NCBI GenBank assembly: GCA_018335915.1
Contig: JAGXRL010000158.1
Span: 1-47,754 of the forward strand
Direction: 5' to 3'
Origin: Candidatus Latescibacterota bacterium
Lineage (GTDB): Bacteria; Hydrothermota; Tepidihabitantia; Tepidihabitantales; CAIPLT01
DNA: 47,754 nt
The position numbers were made by a program, and so were the translations under genes. The notes under the pieces are model-generated. The model made no database searches and was not told the origin of the DNA. It saw only the letters and a program-made list of their open reading frames with translations. Each line of letters starts with the position of its first letter. Positions within the stretch are counted from its first letter, which is position 1. Of the stretch, positions 16,168 to 25,616 are shown in pieces.

Positions 16168-16760
16168 AAATATCAATGGAATTGCTGACCAGTCTCAGGG
16201 CAAGAACCGGCTCGGGTGTTTTGGATTGCAAAGAAGCGCTCGAACAAACCAACGGTGACATTGAAAAAGCCATAGAATATCTGCGAAAAAAAGGCATTGC
16301 CGCGGCAGCTAAAAAAGCTGAGCGCGCAACCGCGCAAGGCGTGATTGATGCCTATATTCATCCTGGCGAGCGGCTCGGCGTAATCGTTGAAATTAATTGC
16401 GAGACCGACTTTGTCGCTCGCAACCAAGAGTTTCGAAGGTTTGTGCACGACATTGCGATGCAAATTGCGGCGACCGACCCGCAGGCAATTTCCCGGGAAG
16501 ATATCAAACCGGAAATAATTGAGACAGAGAAAAAGATTTATGAAGAACAGATGGTTGATTCTAACAAACCAAAACAAGTTATCGAAAAAATTGTTCAAGG
16601 AAAACTAGAAAAATATTTTACCGATGTTTGTCTTTTAGAACAACCGTTTGTCAAAACCCCGGAAAGAAAAGTCGGCGATTATCTCAAAGAACAGATTGCC
16701 AAATACGGCGAAAATATCCGCATTAAGCGATTTGTTCGATTCAAGCTCGGCGAAGATTAA
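16164..16760 (+). CDS. tsf: Elongation factor Ts (short form)
   Basis: 198 aa with the N-terminal UBA-like LR..TG.G..DCK.AL motif, then the EINCETDFVARN core. It overlaps rpsB by 4 nt. Confidence 0.95.
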   Translation: MKISMELLTSLRARTGSGVLDCKEALEQTNGDIEKAIEYLRKKGIAAAAKKAERATAQGVIDAYIHPGERLGVIVEINCETDFVARNQEFRRFVHDIAMQIAATDPQAISREDIKPEIIETEKKIYEEQMVDSNKPKQVIEKIVQGKLEKYFTDVCLLEQPFVKTPERKVGDYLKEQIAKYGENIRIKRFVRFKLGED

Positions 16761-16795
16761 TATAGTGTTAGCCGATAGCGATTAGCTATTAGCAA

Positions 16796-17464
16796 ATGAA
16801 ATTTAAGCGCTGTATTTTAAAACTTACCGGCGAAGCATTTTCAGACCCCAGCGCCCTTGATAAAATCGCAAATGAAATTAAACAGAGTTATCATCCCAAA
16901 TTAGAACTGGCAATTGTTTTGGGTGGCGGCAACTTTTTCCGGGGGCGAAACGCCGCATTGAGAGATAAACTTGTTACGGACCGGGCCGGTATGCTCGGTA
17001 CCGTGATAAACGGTATTTTATTGGAAAATATTCTAAAACCATTTGCAGCCCATTTAAGCGCGCTCGATATCAAAGGTTTTGTCACATATTATCAAATTGA
17101 AAAGGCATTAGAATATTTACAACTGAAAAAAATACTGATTTTATCTGGCGGGACCGGATTGCCACATTTTACCACTGACACCGCGACTGCTTTGCGCGCC
17201 TGTGAATTGAACGCCGATTTGATTCTCAAGGCAACCAATGTGGATGGAGTGTATAGCACTGACCCGAACAGAGACCCGGCAGCAAAATTAATAAAAAAAA
17301 TCAGTTATAAAGAAACAATTAATAAAAATTTAAAAATAATGGACCAGCAGGCATTTGCATTATTGCAAGACCGCAAGATTCCGTTGTTAGTATTTAATAT
17401 ATTTAAACACGGCAACTTAAAAAAAGCATTAGCTGGTCGTCAAATAGGGAGCATGGTATGTTAG
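16796..17464 (+). CDS. pyrH: UMP kinase
   Basis: 222 aa with ILKLTGEAF, VLGGGNFFRG and KATNVDGVYSTDP motifs, in the conserved tsf-pyrH-frr order. Confidence 0.92.
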   Translation: MKFKRCILKLTGEAFSDPSALDKIANEIKQSYHPKLELAIVLGGGNFFRGRNAALRDKLVTDRAGMLGTVINGILLENILKPFAAHLSALDIKGFVTYYQIEKALEYLQLKKILILSGGTGLPHFTTDTATALRACELNADLILKATNVDGVYSTDPNRDPAAKLIKKISYKETINKNLKIMDQQAFALLQDRKIPLLVFNIFKHGNLKKALAGRQIGSMVC

Positions 17465-18015
17465 AAAATCTTTATAAAACAAGCAAGGATAAGATGCAGA
17501 AAACAACTGATCTTTTGTCCCTGGAGCTTTCTAAAATCAGAACCGCCCGGGCAAATCCAGCAATTTTAGACGAAGTTAAGGTTAACTATTACGGTTCGGT
17601 TACGCCTTTAAAGCAGGTCGCGTCGATCTCGGCACCCGAGCCAAGAATGCTCGTGGTTCAGCCCTGGGACCGCAATGCAATGTCGGAAATTGAAAAAGCG
17701 CTTCAAAAAGCAGAACTTGGTTTAAATCCGATTGTTGAAGGGAATCTGATTCGTCTGCCGATTCCGGCTTTAACCGAAGAGCGCCGCAAGGAACTGGTTA
17801 AACTCTGCCATAAACTGGCCGAAGATACTAAAATTGCTGTGCGTAACATTCGTCGCGAAGGTAACGAAGCGATTAAAAAACTCCAAAAAGATAAAAAAAT
17901 CAGTGAGGATGACTCGGAAAAAGGAAATAAAAAAATCCAGGAATTTACCGACGAGTTTATAAAAAACATTGATGTGCTATTCGGGAAAAAAGAAAAAGAA
18001 ATCCTGGAAAAATAA
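17458..18015 (+). CDS. frr: Ribosome recycling factor
   Basis: 185 aa with RTARANPAILD, PWDRN and LPIPALTEERRKELVK motifs. Confidence 0.95.
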   Translation: MLENLYKTSKDKMQKTTDLLSLELSKIRTARANPAILDEVKVNYYGSVTPLKQVASISAPEPRMLVVQPWDRNAMSEIEKALQKAELGLNPIVEGNLIRLPIPALTEERRKELVKLCHKLAEDTKIAVRNIRREGNEAIKKLQKDKKISEDDSEKGNKKIQEFTDEFIKNIDVLFGKKEKEILEK

Positions 18016-18034
18016 CTCAATACTTAAAAAAGCC

Positions 18035-18754
18035 ATGGTAAAAACAGCGAAACCACCAGATAAGATTCCGGTTCATATCGCAATAATAATGGACGGTAAT
18101 GGTCGGTGGGCAAGAAAACGCGGTCTGCCCCGTTTTTATGGCCATAAAAAGGGAGTCGATTCGGTTCGCAACATCGTCCGCGCCGCAGCGGAGTTTGGCG
18201 TGAAACATCTGACCCTCTATGTCTTTTCATCAGAAAACTGGACCCGACCAGCAAGCGAAATCGACACGCTTATGAGGCTTCTGGAAGAATTGTTATTAAA
18301 AGAAGAACCAGAACTGAATAAAAATAATGTAGCGGTTCGGACAATTGGCCAGACCTGGAAACTGCCGCAACAAGTTCAAGATAACCTGAATTACCTGATT
18401 GACAAGACTAAAAATAATACCGGGTTGGTTTTAGTGCTGGCATTGAGCTATGGAGCAAGAAACGAAATAGTCGATGCGGTCAAAAAAATTGCGGTTGAGA
18501 AAAAAGATTTGAGCACGCTGAACAGTGAAGAATTTGGAAAATATCTTTACGAACCAGAGCTTCCTGATCCTGATTTGCTCATCAGAACGGCCGGTGAAAA
18601 ACGGATATCAAACTATCTTTTATGGCAGAGCGCATATACTGAACTTTATTTCACAGATGTACTTTGGCCAGATTTTGGTAAAAAACAACTCTTAACTGCG
18701 ATTGAAGATTATGCGCTGCGCAAGCGGAAATTTGGAGGCCTGGAAATTGAATAA
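18035..18754 (+). CDS. uppS: Undecaprenyl-diphosphate synthase (di-trans,poly-cis-decaprenylcistransferase)
   Basis: It contains HIAIIMDGNGRWA, the FSSENW motif and the C-terminal RKRKFGG. I chose the ATG at 18035 (MVKTAKPP) over the track start at 17969, which overlaps frr. Confidence 0.92.
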   Translation: MVKTAKPPDKIPVHIAIIMDGNGRWARKRGLPRFYGHKKGVDSVRNIVRAAAEFGVKHLTLYVFSSENWTRPASEIDTLMRLLEELLLKEEPELNKNNVAVRTIGQTWKLPQQVQDNLNYLIDKTKNNTGLVLVLALSYGARNEIVDAVKKIAVEKKDLSTLNSEEFGKYLYEPELPDPDLLIRTAGEKRISNYLLWQSAYTELYFTDVLWPDFGKKQLLTAIEDYALRKRKFGGLEIE

Positions 18755-19562
18755 ACTTGCTAAACGAACAATCGTCGGCACGATTCTTGGCACAATTACT
18801 GCCATCATTTTATATATCAACCCGCTTGCTGTATTTATTGTTCTTCTGGTGTGGATCGCTTTAGCAACCAATGAATTTTTAAGAATACTCGAAACTAAAC
18901 AGATTCAGATTAACCGCCTGCTTTTAATTGGTCTTAATCTGTTGTTTCCAATCATATTTTATTTTAAGATATCGCCAATATGGTATCTTATACCACCAAT
19001 GGTTTTCTTTGTTTACGCGTTAATTAAACACGAACATTATTACCAATTAGCACCGGCAGGCATTTTTACGCTTTTATATCTTGGTTTTTTACCGAGCCAT
19101 CTTTTATATTTAAAAACCTGGGTGTGGGGGCATCAATTTCCAATGCTACGCGGTTTTTTTGTGGTCTTTTTTCCGCTTGCCTTTACCTGGGTTAATGACA
19201 CAGCGGCTTATTTTGTCGGCACTTTAATCGGTCGGCATAAACTGGCAGAGAAAATCAGCCCGAATAAGACAATTGAAGGTTTTGTTGGCAGTATTATTGT
19301 AAGCGTTGCGTTTTCATATTTTTATTTAAGAGCACTGTTTCCAGATGTTATGGTATGGATTGCGCTCGGCTCTGGATTTGTTTTAAGTATTGCCGCTCAA
19401 ATCGGCGATTTGGTCGAGTCCGGATTTAAGCGCGACGCTAATTTAAAAGATAGTTCTCGAGCGCTTGGTGAACACGGAGGGTTTTTAGACCGGGTTGACA
19501 GCTTATTGTTTACGATCCCGATTTTTTACTATCTTTTGATCTATCTTATAATTCACGAGTAA
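18702..19562 (+). CDS. cdsA: Phosphatidate cytidylyltransferase
   Basis: A polytopic membrane protein with the C-terminal CdsA signature SGFKRD...KDSS..LGEHGGFLDRVDS. The start is uncertain (ATG at 18702 or 18711, or TTG at 18747) because the ORF overlaps the uppS 3' end. Confidence 0.85.
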   Translation: MKIMRCASGNLEAWKLNKLAKRTIVGTILGTITAIILYINPLAVFIVLLVWIALATNEFLRILETKQIQINRLLLIGLNLLFPIIFYFKISPIWYLIPPMVFFVYALIKHEHYYQLAPAGIFTLLYLGFLPSHLLYLKTWVWGHQFPMLRGFFVVFFPLAFTWVNDTAAYFVGTLIGRHKLAEKISPNKTIEGFVGSIIVSVAFSYFYLRALFPDVMVWIALGSGFVLSIAAQIGDLVESGFKRDANLKDSSRALGEHGGFLDRVDSLLFTIPIFYYLLIYLIIHE

Positions 19563-20163
19563 AACCCAAAGAACTTTTTTTATTTTCAACAATTGCAAAA
19601 AAATTTTTAAAGATTGTTTCGCCAACCGGACCAGACCGCTCTGGGTGAAACTGAACGCCGTAGAAACATTTTTCGATATGTTTAATTACTTCGACTTCAC
19701 AGGAAGGCGAAGTTGCTAATAATTCAAATCCTGCCGCAGCAAGTCCATTTGCGTCAACATACTCAATATGGCTTTCCAACACTGAAATCTCGGGCGGTAA
19801 ATCCTTAAATATCCGGTCGGATTTGATAATTCGAACAACTTCATTGCGTTCAATCCGGGTTAAACCAGAATTGATATTCACACCGAACGCCTTGGCGAGC
19901 ATCTGATGACCGTAACAAATCCCTAAGCACGGTATTGTGTTATAATGCAGAAACTCAATATAGGATTTAGAATAAGCACCGCGTGAAATTAAATCAGCCG
20001 AGCCGGATAAAACTAAAGCGTCATAATCGGCAAATCCAAGATGGCTGTAAAGTTCAATATCAGCAATAACCTGAAAATTACTGAATTTATTAACCATTTC
20101 AATGAACGGTAAGATTTTAGCTTCGGTATTAACCCGATAACTGTTAACAATTAGTGTTTTCAT
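19546..20163 (-). CDS. Class I glutamine amidotransferase (GuaA-N-like) protein
   Basis: 205 aa with the nucleophile elbow CLGICYGHQML and the VQFHPE histidine motif. Its 3' end overlaps the convergent cdsA by 17 nt. Confidence 0.8.
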   Translation of the reverse strand: MKTLIVNSYRVNTEAKILPFIEMVNKFSNFQVIADIELYSHLGFADYDALVLSGSADLISRGAYSKSYIEFLHYNTIPCLGICYGHQMLAKAFGVNINSGLTRIERNEVVRIIKSDRIFKDLPPEISVLESHIEYVDANGLAAAGFELLATSPSCEVEVIKHIEKCFYGVQFHPERSGPVGETIFKNFFAIVENKKSSLGFTREL

Positions 20164-20183
20164 GCCTTTTTACAACAATCTGT

Positions 20184-20591
20184 TTACTCTTCTTTTTCAA
20201 GCTGTTTCTCAATCTGGGTGATTTTCTTTTCTGCTTTCTTGACATGCGGGCTGTCCGGATAATTATCAACCAGATTTTCGTATTCGTACAATGCCTCTTC
20301 CAAATCGTAGTCCGGGTTTTTCGGGTTGCTTAAAATCTCCGCAATCATAAATTGAGCGTCATCCGCAATCGGGTCTTCTTCAAAATCTTCAACTATCTCA
20401 TAAAACGACCGCAAGGCACGCGCATAGTCCTTGTATTTCAAATGAAATTGACCTTCTGCGTATAATCCTTCGGCGCGGTTAAGGTCATATACAGCCGGGA
20501 TTTCGGGTTTTACAACTTCTTTTGACGGACAGCCGATATTAATAAACACCAATAAAACAATCACGGAGATTAAAAAATTTTTCATCGTCAC
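20184..20591 (-). CDS. TPR-like lipoprotein (BamD/YbgF-like fold), hypothetical
   Basis: 135 aa with a signal peptide and lipobox-like FINIGC. TPR-type helices are present (AEGQFHLKYKDYARALRSFYEIV and YENLVDNYPDSPHVKKAEKKI). Confidence 0.5.
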   Translation of the reverse strand: MTMKNFLISVIVLLVFINIGCPSKEVVKPEIPAVYDLNRAEGLYAEGQFHLKYKDYARALRSFYEIVEDFEEDPIADDAQFMIAEILSNPKNPDYDLEEALYEYENLVDNYPDSPHVKKAEKKITQIEKQLEKEE

Positions 20592-20605
20592 TCCTTATCC
20601 AAAGA

Positions 20606-21376
20606 TTATTTATACCTTTTTTCTAATGATGCAAAGGCATCATGATTATGAATTGATTCGTAACTTTCAGTCTCAACTTTATACCAGGTGATATCGGGAT
20701 GGGAATCTAATTTTAACGCAACGTTACGCACCACATCCTCGACAAAAACCGGGTTTTGGTAGGCGTGTTCGGTTACATATTTCTCGTCTTCTCGTTTAAG
20801 CAGCGAATAGACCGGGCTTGATGCGCAATTTTCAACCAGTTCGATTAAATCTTCAATCCAGAAAAATCCCCGGAAACGAATATAGACTCGAATTTCGCCG
20901 CGCTGATTATGGGCGCCTTTTTCGACTATTTCCTTAGAACAGGGACAAAGCGTTGTAATCGGAACTTTTACTCCTAAAATTATTTTCACTTTATCGGTAA
21001 GATCACCAATAAATCGGCACTGATAATCCATGAGTCCCACCGCACCCGAAACCGGTGCCTTTTTTTCAATAAAATAGGGAAATTCCATTTCGATATGAGC
21101 TGATTCGGCATTTAAATCCCGCTTCATTGTTTTTAAAATCGTGCCGATATTCTGCACTGCGATTTCGCGGTGAAACCGGTTCAGAATCTCAATAAACCGA
21201 CTCATATGAGTGCCGCGGAAATTATGCGGCAAATTAACATACATATTTATACGGGCGACGGTGTGTTGCTGTTTATGCGCCTTATCAGATAACAGGATTG
21301 GGTAATGTAAATTCTTGACGCCGACTTTATCAATATTGACATTACGGAAATCATAATCAGACTGAACATCGCGCAT
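20606..21376 (-). CDS. folE2: GTP cyclohydrolase FolE2/MptA (type IB)
   Basis: 256 aa with DKVGVKNLHYPI, GTHMSRF and the metal-site motif TTLCPCSKE characteristic of the FolE2 family. Confidence 0.88.
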   Translation of the reverse strand: MRDVQSDYDFRNVNIDKVGVKNLHYPILLSDKAHKQQHTVARINMYVNLPHNFRGTHMSRFIEILNRFHREIAVQNIGTILKTMKRDLNAESAHIEMEFPYFIEKKAPVSGAVGLMDYQCRFIGDLTDKVKIILGVKVPITTLCPCSKEIVEKGAHNQRGEIRVYIRFRGFFWIEDLIELVENCASSPVYSLLKREDEKYVTEHAYQNPVFVEDVVRNVALKLDSHPDITWYKVETESYESIHNHDAFASLEKRYK

Positions 21377-21610
21377 AAATATAGAATATGGGATTATAAC
21401 TAATTGTCAAGATAAAATAACGAGATTTCTGAAAAAGTCAAAGGACCAATGTCAGAAGTCGAACTTCCGAATTTTAATTAATTAATAATTAAGATGTGTC
21501 CTGAATTTGTCCAAGAGATACATACTTTCCTGCTTTTATTCTTTACGTTATCAATCAAGATATTGAAACTATTGAAAAACCAAAAAGTACAATTTAAATT
21601 TTATTACGGC

Positions 21611-22603
21611 TTACTTTTCATCTTCACTGTAGAATTCTACACCGCATTTAGGACAAACTGGATCTTTTGCAGAAACATAAGTACCACATCCATTACATTG
21701 AAAATTTAATTGCTCTTCGGATGGTAAATCAGCAAACATATATTTTCTATTTTTAAAATAAATCCAATTAGGTATTAGATATACAAATGTTATTATTAAT
21801 GAAGCAATAAGAGCACCCATGATTCCCATGCTTTCTGCCATTGGACTTGTATAAGAAAATAAAACACTCCCTAATACTAAATAATAAAAATTCAATTTCC
21901 ATGCCCAATATTCATGTTTTCTAAGTCCATACAAAAGAATCCCTGCAATAATAACATCAAATAATAGAAATAAACTTATTGCTGGGGAAGATTCTTTACT
22001 AAATGAAGAGTATGTAAGAATTCTTGTTATACCGCCTATTATACCGAGCGGAAATCTAACATATACATAGAATTTAAACCAACCTAACGCCAAGTGTTTT
22101 AATGGTATACTTGAAACACCGGTTAACGATTGTATATTCGTATTATTGAAGATTGTATATTTTATATTCTTCTTTACTTTATTACTTTCGTTTCTAAACT
22201 CATCATCTATAAATTTTAGTATCTCTTTATAGTATATTTTTTCTCTATTTTCTTTTGCTATAGTAGTGATTTTTGATATCAATAGATCAATTCTATCTTT
22301 GTATTGTTCTATGATATTATTTTGAGATGTCATAATTACGCGAATAAATTTTCCAGCCGTTTTTTTTGCTAACAATGGGACTTGGAAAAATTTGGGATTT
22401 GAAGTCTTCTTCGAAATTTCCGATTCTTTTATTTTTTCAAATTCTTGGATTAAAACACCACAATGTGAGCAAAATTTACTTGATAATGGAATTTCTTTAT
22501 TGCATTTTGGGCAGATTTTAACCAATATTGTCCCACACAGATTACAGAAACGACTCGTTTCAGGCAATTCTTTATTGCAATTTGGACAAATAAATGATGT
22601 CAT
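21611..22603 (-). CDS. Membrane protein with zinc-ribbon domains at both termini, hypothetical
   Basis: 330 aa. The N-terminus has CPNC...CNLCG and CPKC...CSHCG (a double zinc ribbon), about 4 TM helices follow, and the C-terminus has CNGCG...CPKCG. The gene is visibly more AT-rich than its neighbours. Confidence 0.7.
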   Translation of the reverse strand: MTSFICPNCNKELPETSRFCNLCGTILVKICPKCNKEIPLSSKFCSHCGVLIQEFEKIKESEISKKTSNPKFFQVPLLAKKTAGKFIRVIMTSQNNIIEQYKDRIDLLISKITTIAKENREKIYYKEILKFIDDEFRNESNKVKKNIKYTIFNNTNIQSLTGVSSIPLKHLALGWFKFYVYVRFPLGIIGGITRILTYSSFSKESSPAISLFLLFDVIIAGILLYGLRKHEYWAWKLNFYYLVLGSVLFSYTSPMAESMGIMGALIASLIITFVYLIPNWIYFKNRKYMFADLPSEEQLNFQCNGCGTYVSAKDPVCPKCGVEFYSEDEK

Positions 22604-22712
22604 TTTTCTCCTTTCTATTATTTAGCATTAATATCGCCTGTTAGATGATTGTAATGTAGTGCGATCCTGAAGTCAAGGCATTTTTGTAATGTGGTCCAGA
22701 TACCAAAAAGGA

Positions 22713-22740
22713 TTGACTACATCGAATAATTTCCTATAAT
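22713..22740 (+). promoter_or_regulatory. Sigma70-like promoter (TTGACT, 16-nt spacer, TATAAT)
   Basis: ttgact lies at 22713-22718 and tataat at 22735-22740, upstream of the crotonase-thiolase pair. Confidence 0.6.
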
Positions 22741-22777
22741 CAATAAATGAGACCTTTAATGTTTGTTAGGAGGCAGA

Positions 22778-23554
22778 ATGGACAATAAAAATCTTTTGGT
22801 AACTATTGAAGATAACATTGCTTTTATAAAATTCAATCGGCCGAATGTGCTTAACGCTTTAAACACCGATACTATTCTTGAATTAGAACGCACCCTGGAC
22901 GAACTCGAAAAAATGACAGAAGTGCGCGTGATTATTCTAACTGGCGAAGGAAAGGCTTTTATTGCCGGTGCCGATATTTCCGAGATGAGCAAATATTCGA
23001 GCATGGAAGCAAGGGTTTTTGCCCAGAACGGACACCGGGTTTTAGGTAAACTGGAAAACATTGATAAACCCGTGATTGCCGTAATCAACGGCTTTGCTTT
23101 GGGCGGCGGTTGCGAAGTCGCTTTAGCTTGTGATATCAGAATTCTTTCAAAAAACGCTAAGATTGGACAACCAGAAGTTAACCTGGGTATTATTCCTGGT
23201 TTTGGTGGTACCCAGAGACTGGCAAGATTATGTGGCGCCGGAATTGCCAAAGAATTAATTTATACCGGCGATATGATTGATGCCCAGGAAGCATTTAGAA
23301 TCGGTTTGGCTAATAAAGTTGTGCCGCTTGATAAATTGATGGACACCGCTAAAGAGATGGCAAAAAAGATTTTAAATAAGGGACCGATTGCAATCCGCAT
23401 GACCAAAACTGTAATTAACCGCGGGCTCGATTCAAACCTCGAAACTGCCAAAGAATTGGAAATTGAAACCTTTGCTTTATGTTTTTCGACCGGCGAGCCC
23501 AAAGACGGCATGACCGCATTTTTAGAAAAAAGAAAAGCAAGTTGGATGAAATAA
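22778..23554 (+). CDS. Enoyl-CoA hydratase (crotonase family)
   Basis: It contains FNRPNVLNAL, GEGKAFIAGADI and INGFALGGGCEVALACD motifs. I chose the ATG at 22778, preceded by an AGGAGG Shine-Dalgarno sequence, over the track start at 22763. Confidence 0.9.
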   Translation: MDNKNLLVTIEDNIAFIKFNRPNVLNALNTDTILELERTLDELEKMTEVRVIILTGEGKAFIAGADISEMSKYSSMEARVFAQNGHRVLGKLENIDKPVIAVINGFALGGGCEVALACDIRILSKNAKIGQPEVNLGIIPGFGGTQRLARLCGAGIAKELIYTGDMIDAQEAFRIGLANKVVPLDKLMDTAKEMAKKILNKGPIAIRMTKTVINRGLDSNLETAKELEIETFALCFSTGEPKDGMTAFLEKRKASWMK

Positions 23555-23578
23555 CTTAAATATGAAGGGAGTAATATA

Positions 23579-24772
23579 ATGTCAAATACAAATGAAATCG
23601 TAATCGTGTCTGGTGCCCGAACACCAGTGGGAAGATTTTTAGGCGGATTGTCAACCTTGTCTGCATCAGACTTAGGTGGTATTGCCATAAAAGAAGCAGT
23701 TAAAAGAGCGGGTGTTACATCGGCTGATATTGACGGCGTAATAATGGGGCATGTTTGTCCGGCCGGATTGGGACAAGCACCAGCGCGTCAAGCCAGTATT
23801 AAAAGCGGCCTGTCTCCAGAAATCCCAGCAATCACGGTTAATAAAGTCTGCGGCTCCGGTATGATATCAATCGTCTTATCAGCGCAGCAGATTAAAGCTG
23901 GCGATGCTGAGATTATGGTCGCGGGCGGACAAGAATCAATGTCCAATGTTCCGTATTATATGCATCAATTAAGAAACGGCAACAAGATGGGCAATGTAAA
24001 ATTAGTTGACGGCATGATTTATGACGGCATCTGGTGCGTGTTCCACGATGTGCATATGGGCATACACGGAGAGTTCACAGCAGAACGGTCAGGTATTACC
24101 CGCGAAATGCAGGATGAGTGGGCTTATAACAGCCATCGCAAAGCAAGCGAAGCAATCAAAGCTGGTAAATTCAAGGCAGAAATCGTACCGGTTTCGATTC
24201 CGCAGCGAAAAGGCGACCCCAAAATAATTGATACTGACGAAGGGCCGCGCGCGGATACAACTATGGAATCAATGGCAAAACTTAAACCAGCTTTTAAAAA
24301 AGACAGCGGCACAATTACGGCTGGCAACGCGTCAAGCATTAATGATGGCGCCGTAGCATTGGTTGTAATGTCAAAAGCAGCTGCGGATAAGAAAGGCATT
24401 AAGCCGATCGCCAAAATTACTGCTTATGCAATTGGCAGCGTTGAACCGCAAATGCTTTTCTATGCACCAGTTAAAGCAGTGCAGAAAATACTAAAACAGC
24501 TCAATGTTGACATAAACTATTTTGATTTAATCGAAGTGAACGAGGCGTTTAGTTCTCAGGTTTTGGCTGATGCTAAAGAACTTGGTATGGATATGAAAAA
24601 GGTCAATGTCCATGGCGGTGCGGTGGCTTTAGGTCATCCAATCGGTGCGTCTGGAGCGAGAATCGTCGTTACGTTATTACACGCGCTTAAAGACCGCGGT
24701 TTAAAGAAAGGTCTTGCCGCAATCTGTTTAGGCGGTGGCGAAGCAGTCGCAATGAGTGTGGAAATGATATAA
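23579..24772 (+). CDS. Acetyl-CoA C-acetyltransferase (thiolase II)
   Basis: 397 aa with the active-site motif VNKVCGSGM, plus NVHGGAVALGHPIGASGARI and CLGGGEAVA. Confidence 0.95.
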   Translation: MSNTNEIVIVSGARTPVGRFLGGLSTLSASDLGGIAIKEAVKRAGVTSADIDGVIMGHVCPAGLGQAPARQASIKSGLSPEIPAITVNKVCGSGMISIVLSAQQIKAGDAEIMVAGGQESMSNVPYYMHQLRNGNKMGNVKLVDGMIYDGIWCVFHDVHMGIHGEFTAERSGITREMQDEWAYNSHRKASEAIKAGKFKAEIVPVSIPQRKGDPKIIDTDEGPRADTTMESMAKLKPAFKKDSGTITAGNASSINDGAVALVVMSKAAADKKGIKPIAKITAYAIGSVEPQMLFYAPVKAVQKILKQLNVDINYFDLIEVNEAFSSQVLADAKELGMDMKKVNVHGGAVALGHPIGASGARIVVTLLHALKDRGLKKGLAAICLGGGEAVAMSVEMI

Positions 24773-24781
24773 AAAAACTAT

Positions 24782-24815
24782 AGGGGCACGGGGTTTTCCC
24801 CTGTGCCCCTTTTTG
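24782..24815 (+). terminator. Strong rho-independent terminator
   Basis: The hairpin aggggcacgggg-tttt-cccctgtgcccct is followed by tttttg, 9 nt after the thiolase stop. Confidence 0.8.
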
Positions 24816-24816
24816 T

Positions 24817-25245
24817 ATGGAATTTCATACCAAATCATCAGAAGAAACAATCGAATTAGGGGAAAAAATCGGGGCTGCCCTAAAGCCGGGCGACATCCTG
24901 GCATTTTACGGTGAGCTGGGTAGCGGGAAAACCACGATGATTAAAGGTATTGCTCTTGGCTTGGGAGTCAAAGAGGAGGATATTGTCAAAAGTCCGTCAT
25001 TTATAATGGTTAATGAATATAAAGGTCAGAGTCCAATTTTTCATATAGATTTATATCGAGTAAAAAATCTGGGAGAAGTTTTAAGCATTGGTTTTGATGA
25101 TTATTTATATGGCAACGGCGTTTGCCTGATTGAATGGGCGGAAAAAGCCGAGAACGAACTGCCTCAAAACACAATCAAAGTTGAATTAACTACATTGAGT
25201 TTTCAGGAAAGAAAAATTACGATTTCAGGGCTTACCGGATTTTAG
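24817..25245 (+). CDS. tsaE: tRNA t6A37 biosynthesis ATPase TsaE (YjeE)
   Basis: 142 aa with the P-loop GELGSGKTT and SPSF...Y.....HIDLYR motifs. Confidence 0.9.
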   Translation: MEFHTKSSEETIELGEKIGAALKPGDILAFYGELGSGKTTMIKGIALGLGVKEEDIVKSPSFIMVNEYKGQSPIFHIDLYRVKNLGEVLSIGFDDYLYGNGVCLIEWAEKAENELPQNTIKVELTTLSFQERKITISGLTGF

Positions 25246-25299
25246 TGTAATCCGGTAAAAAAGAACAAGAAATTTAACTGCAAAAACGCGAAAAAGAAT

Positions 25300-25444
25300 G
25301 TAGGGTAAGGCTTTACCCTCGCACCTATTCCTGAGACTATATAAATTAATTTGAAATATTGTTATTCCAACTAACACATATTTAAGAATAGGTGCGGGGT
25401 TTAACCTTGCGAATAAGCAAAGCAATCCTAAAGGATTGCCCTAC
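25300..25444. repeat. REPIN-like inverted doublet of the GC-rich motif (copy 2), inside a ~145-bp extended imperfect palindrome
   Basis: The left arm is ccctcgcacctattc (25316-25330), the spacer is 55 nt of A/T-rich sequence, and the right arm is gaataggtgcgggg (25386-25399). The outer ends gtaggg (25300-25305) and ccctac (25439-25444) are complementary. Local hairpins are agggtaa-ggct-ttaccct and gcaatcc-taaa-ggattgc. Confidence 0.7.
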
Positions 25445-25487
25445 GACTGAGGAAATGTTTTATATCGAATATCTAAGAAATTTATTA

Positions 25488-25516
25488 TTGACAAACCGAA
25501 CACGGCAATTTATAGT
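25488..25516 (+). promoter_or_regulatory. Sigma70-like promoter (TTGACA, 17-nt spacer, TATAGT)
   Basis: ttgaca lies at 25488-25493 and tatagt at 25511-25516, upstream of the FMN-binding protein gene. Confidence 0.6.
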
Positions 25517-25616
25517 AGGATTAGGTAAATAAGGCTGGTTACGCAGTGTTTATGATAGATATTTTTCGATTATTAAAAAAACATGGTTGTTAGAAAATAA
25601 TAATAAAGGAGAAATT

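Noticed and set aside
17969-18034. Upstream start for uppS (MMCYSGKKKKKS...)
   Set aside because: It overlaps the frr 3' end and adds a non-conserved Lys-rich peptide. The ATG at 18035 gives the canonical N-terminus before HIAIIMDGNGRWA.
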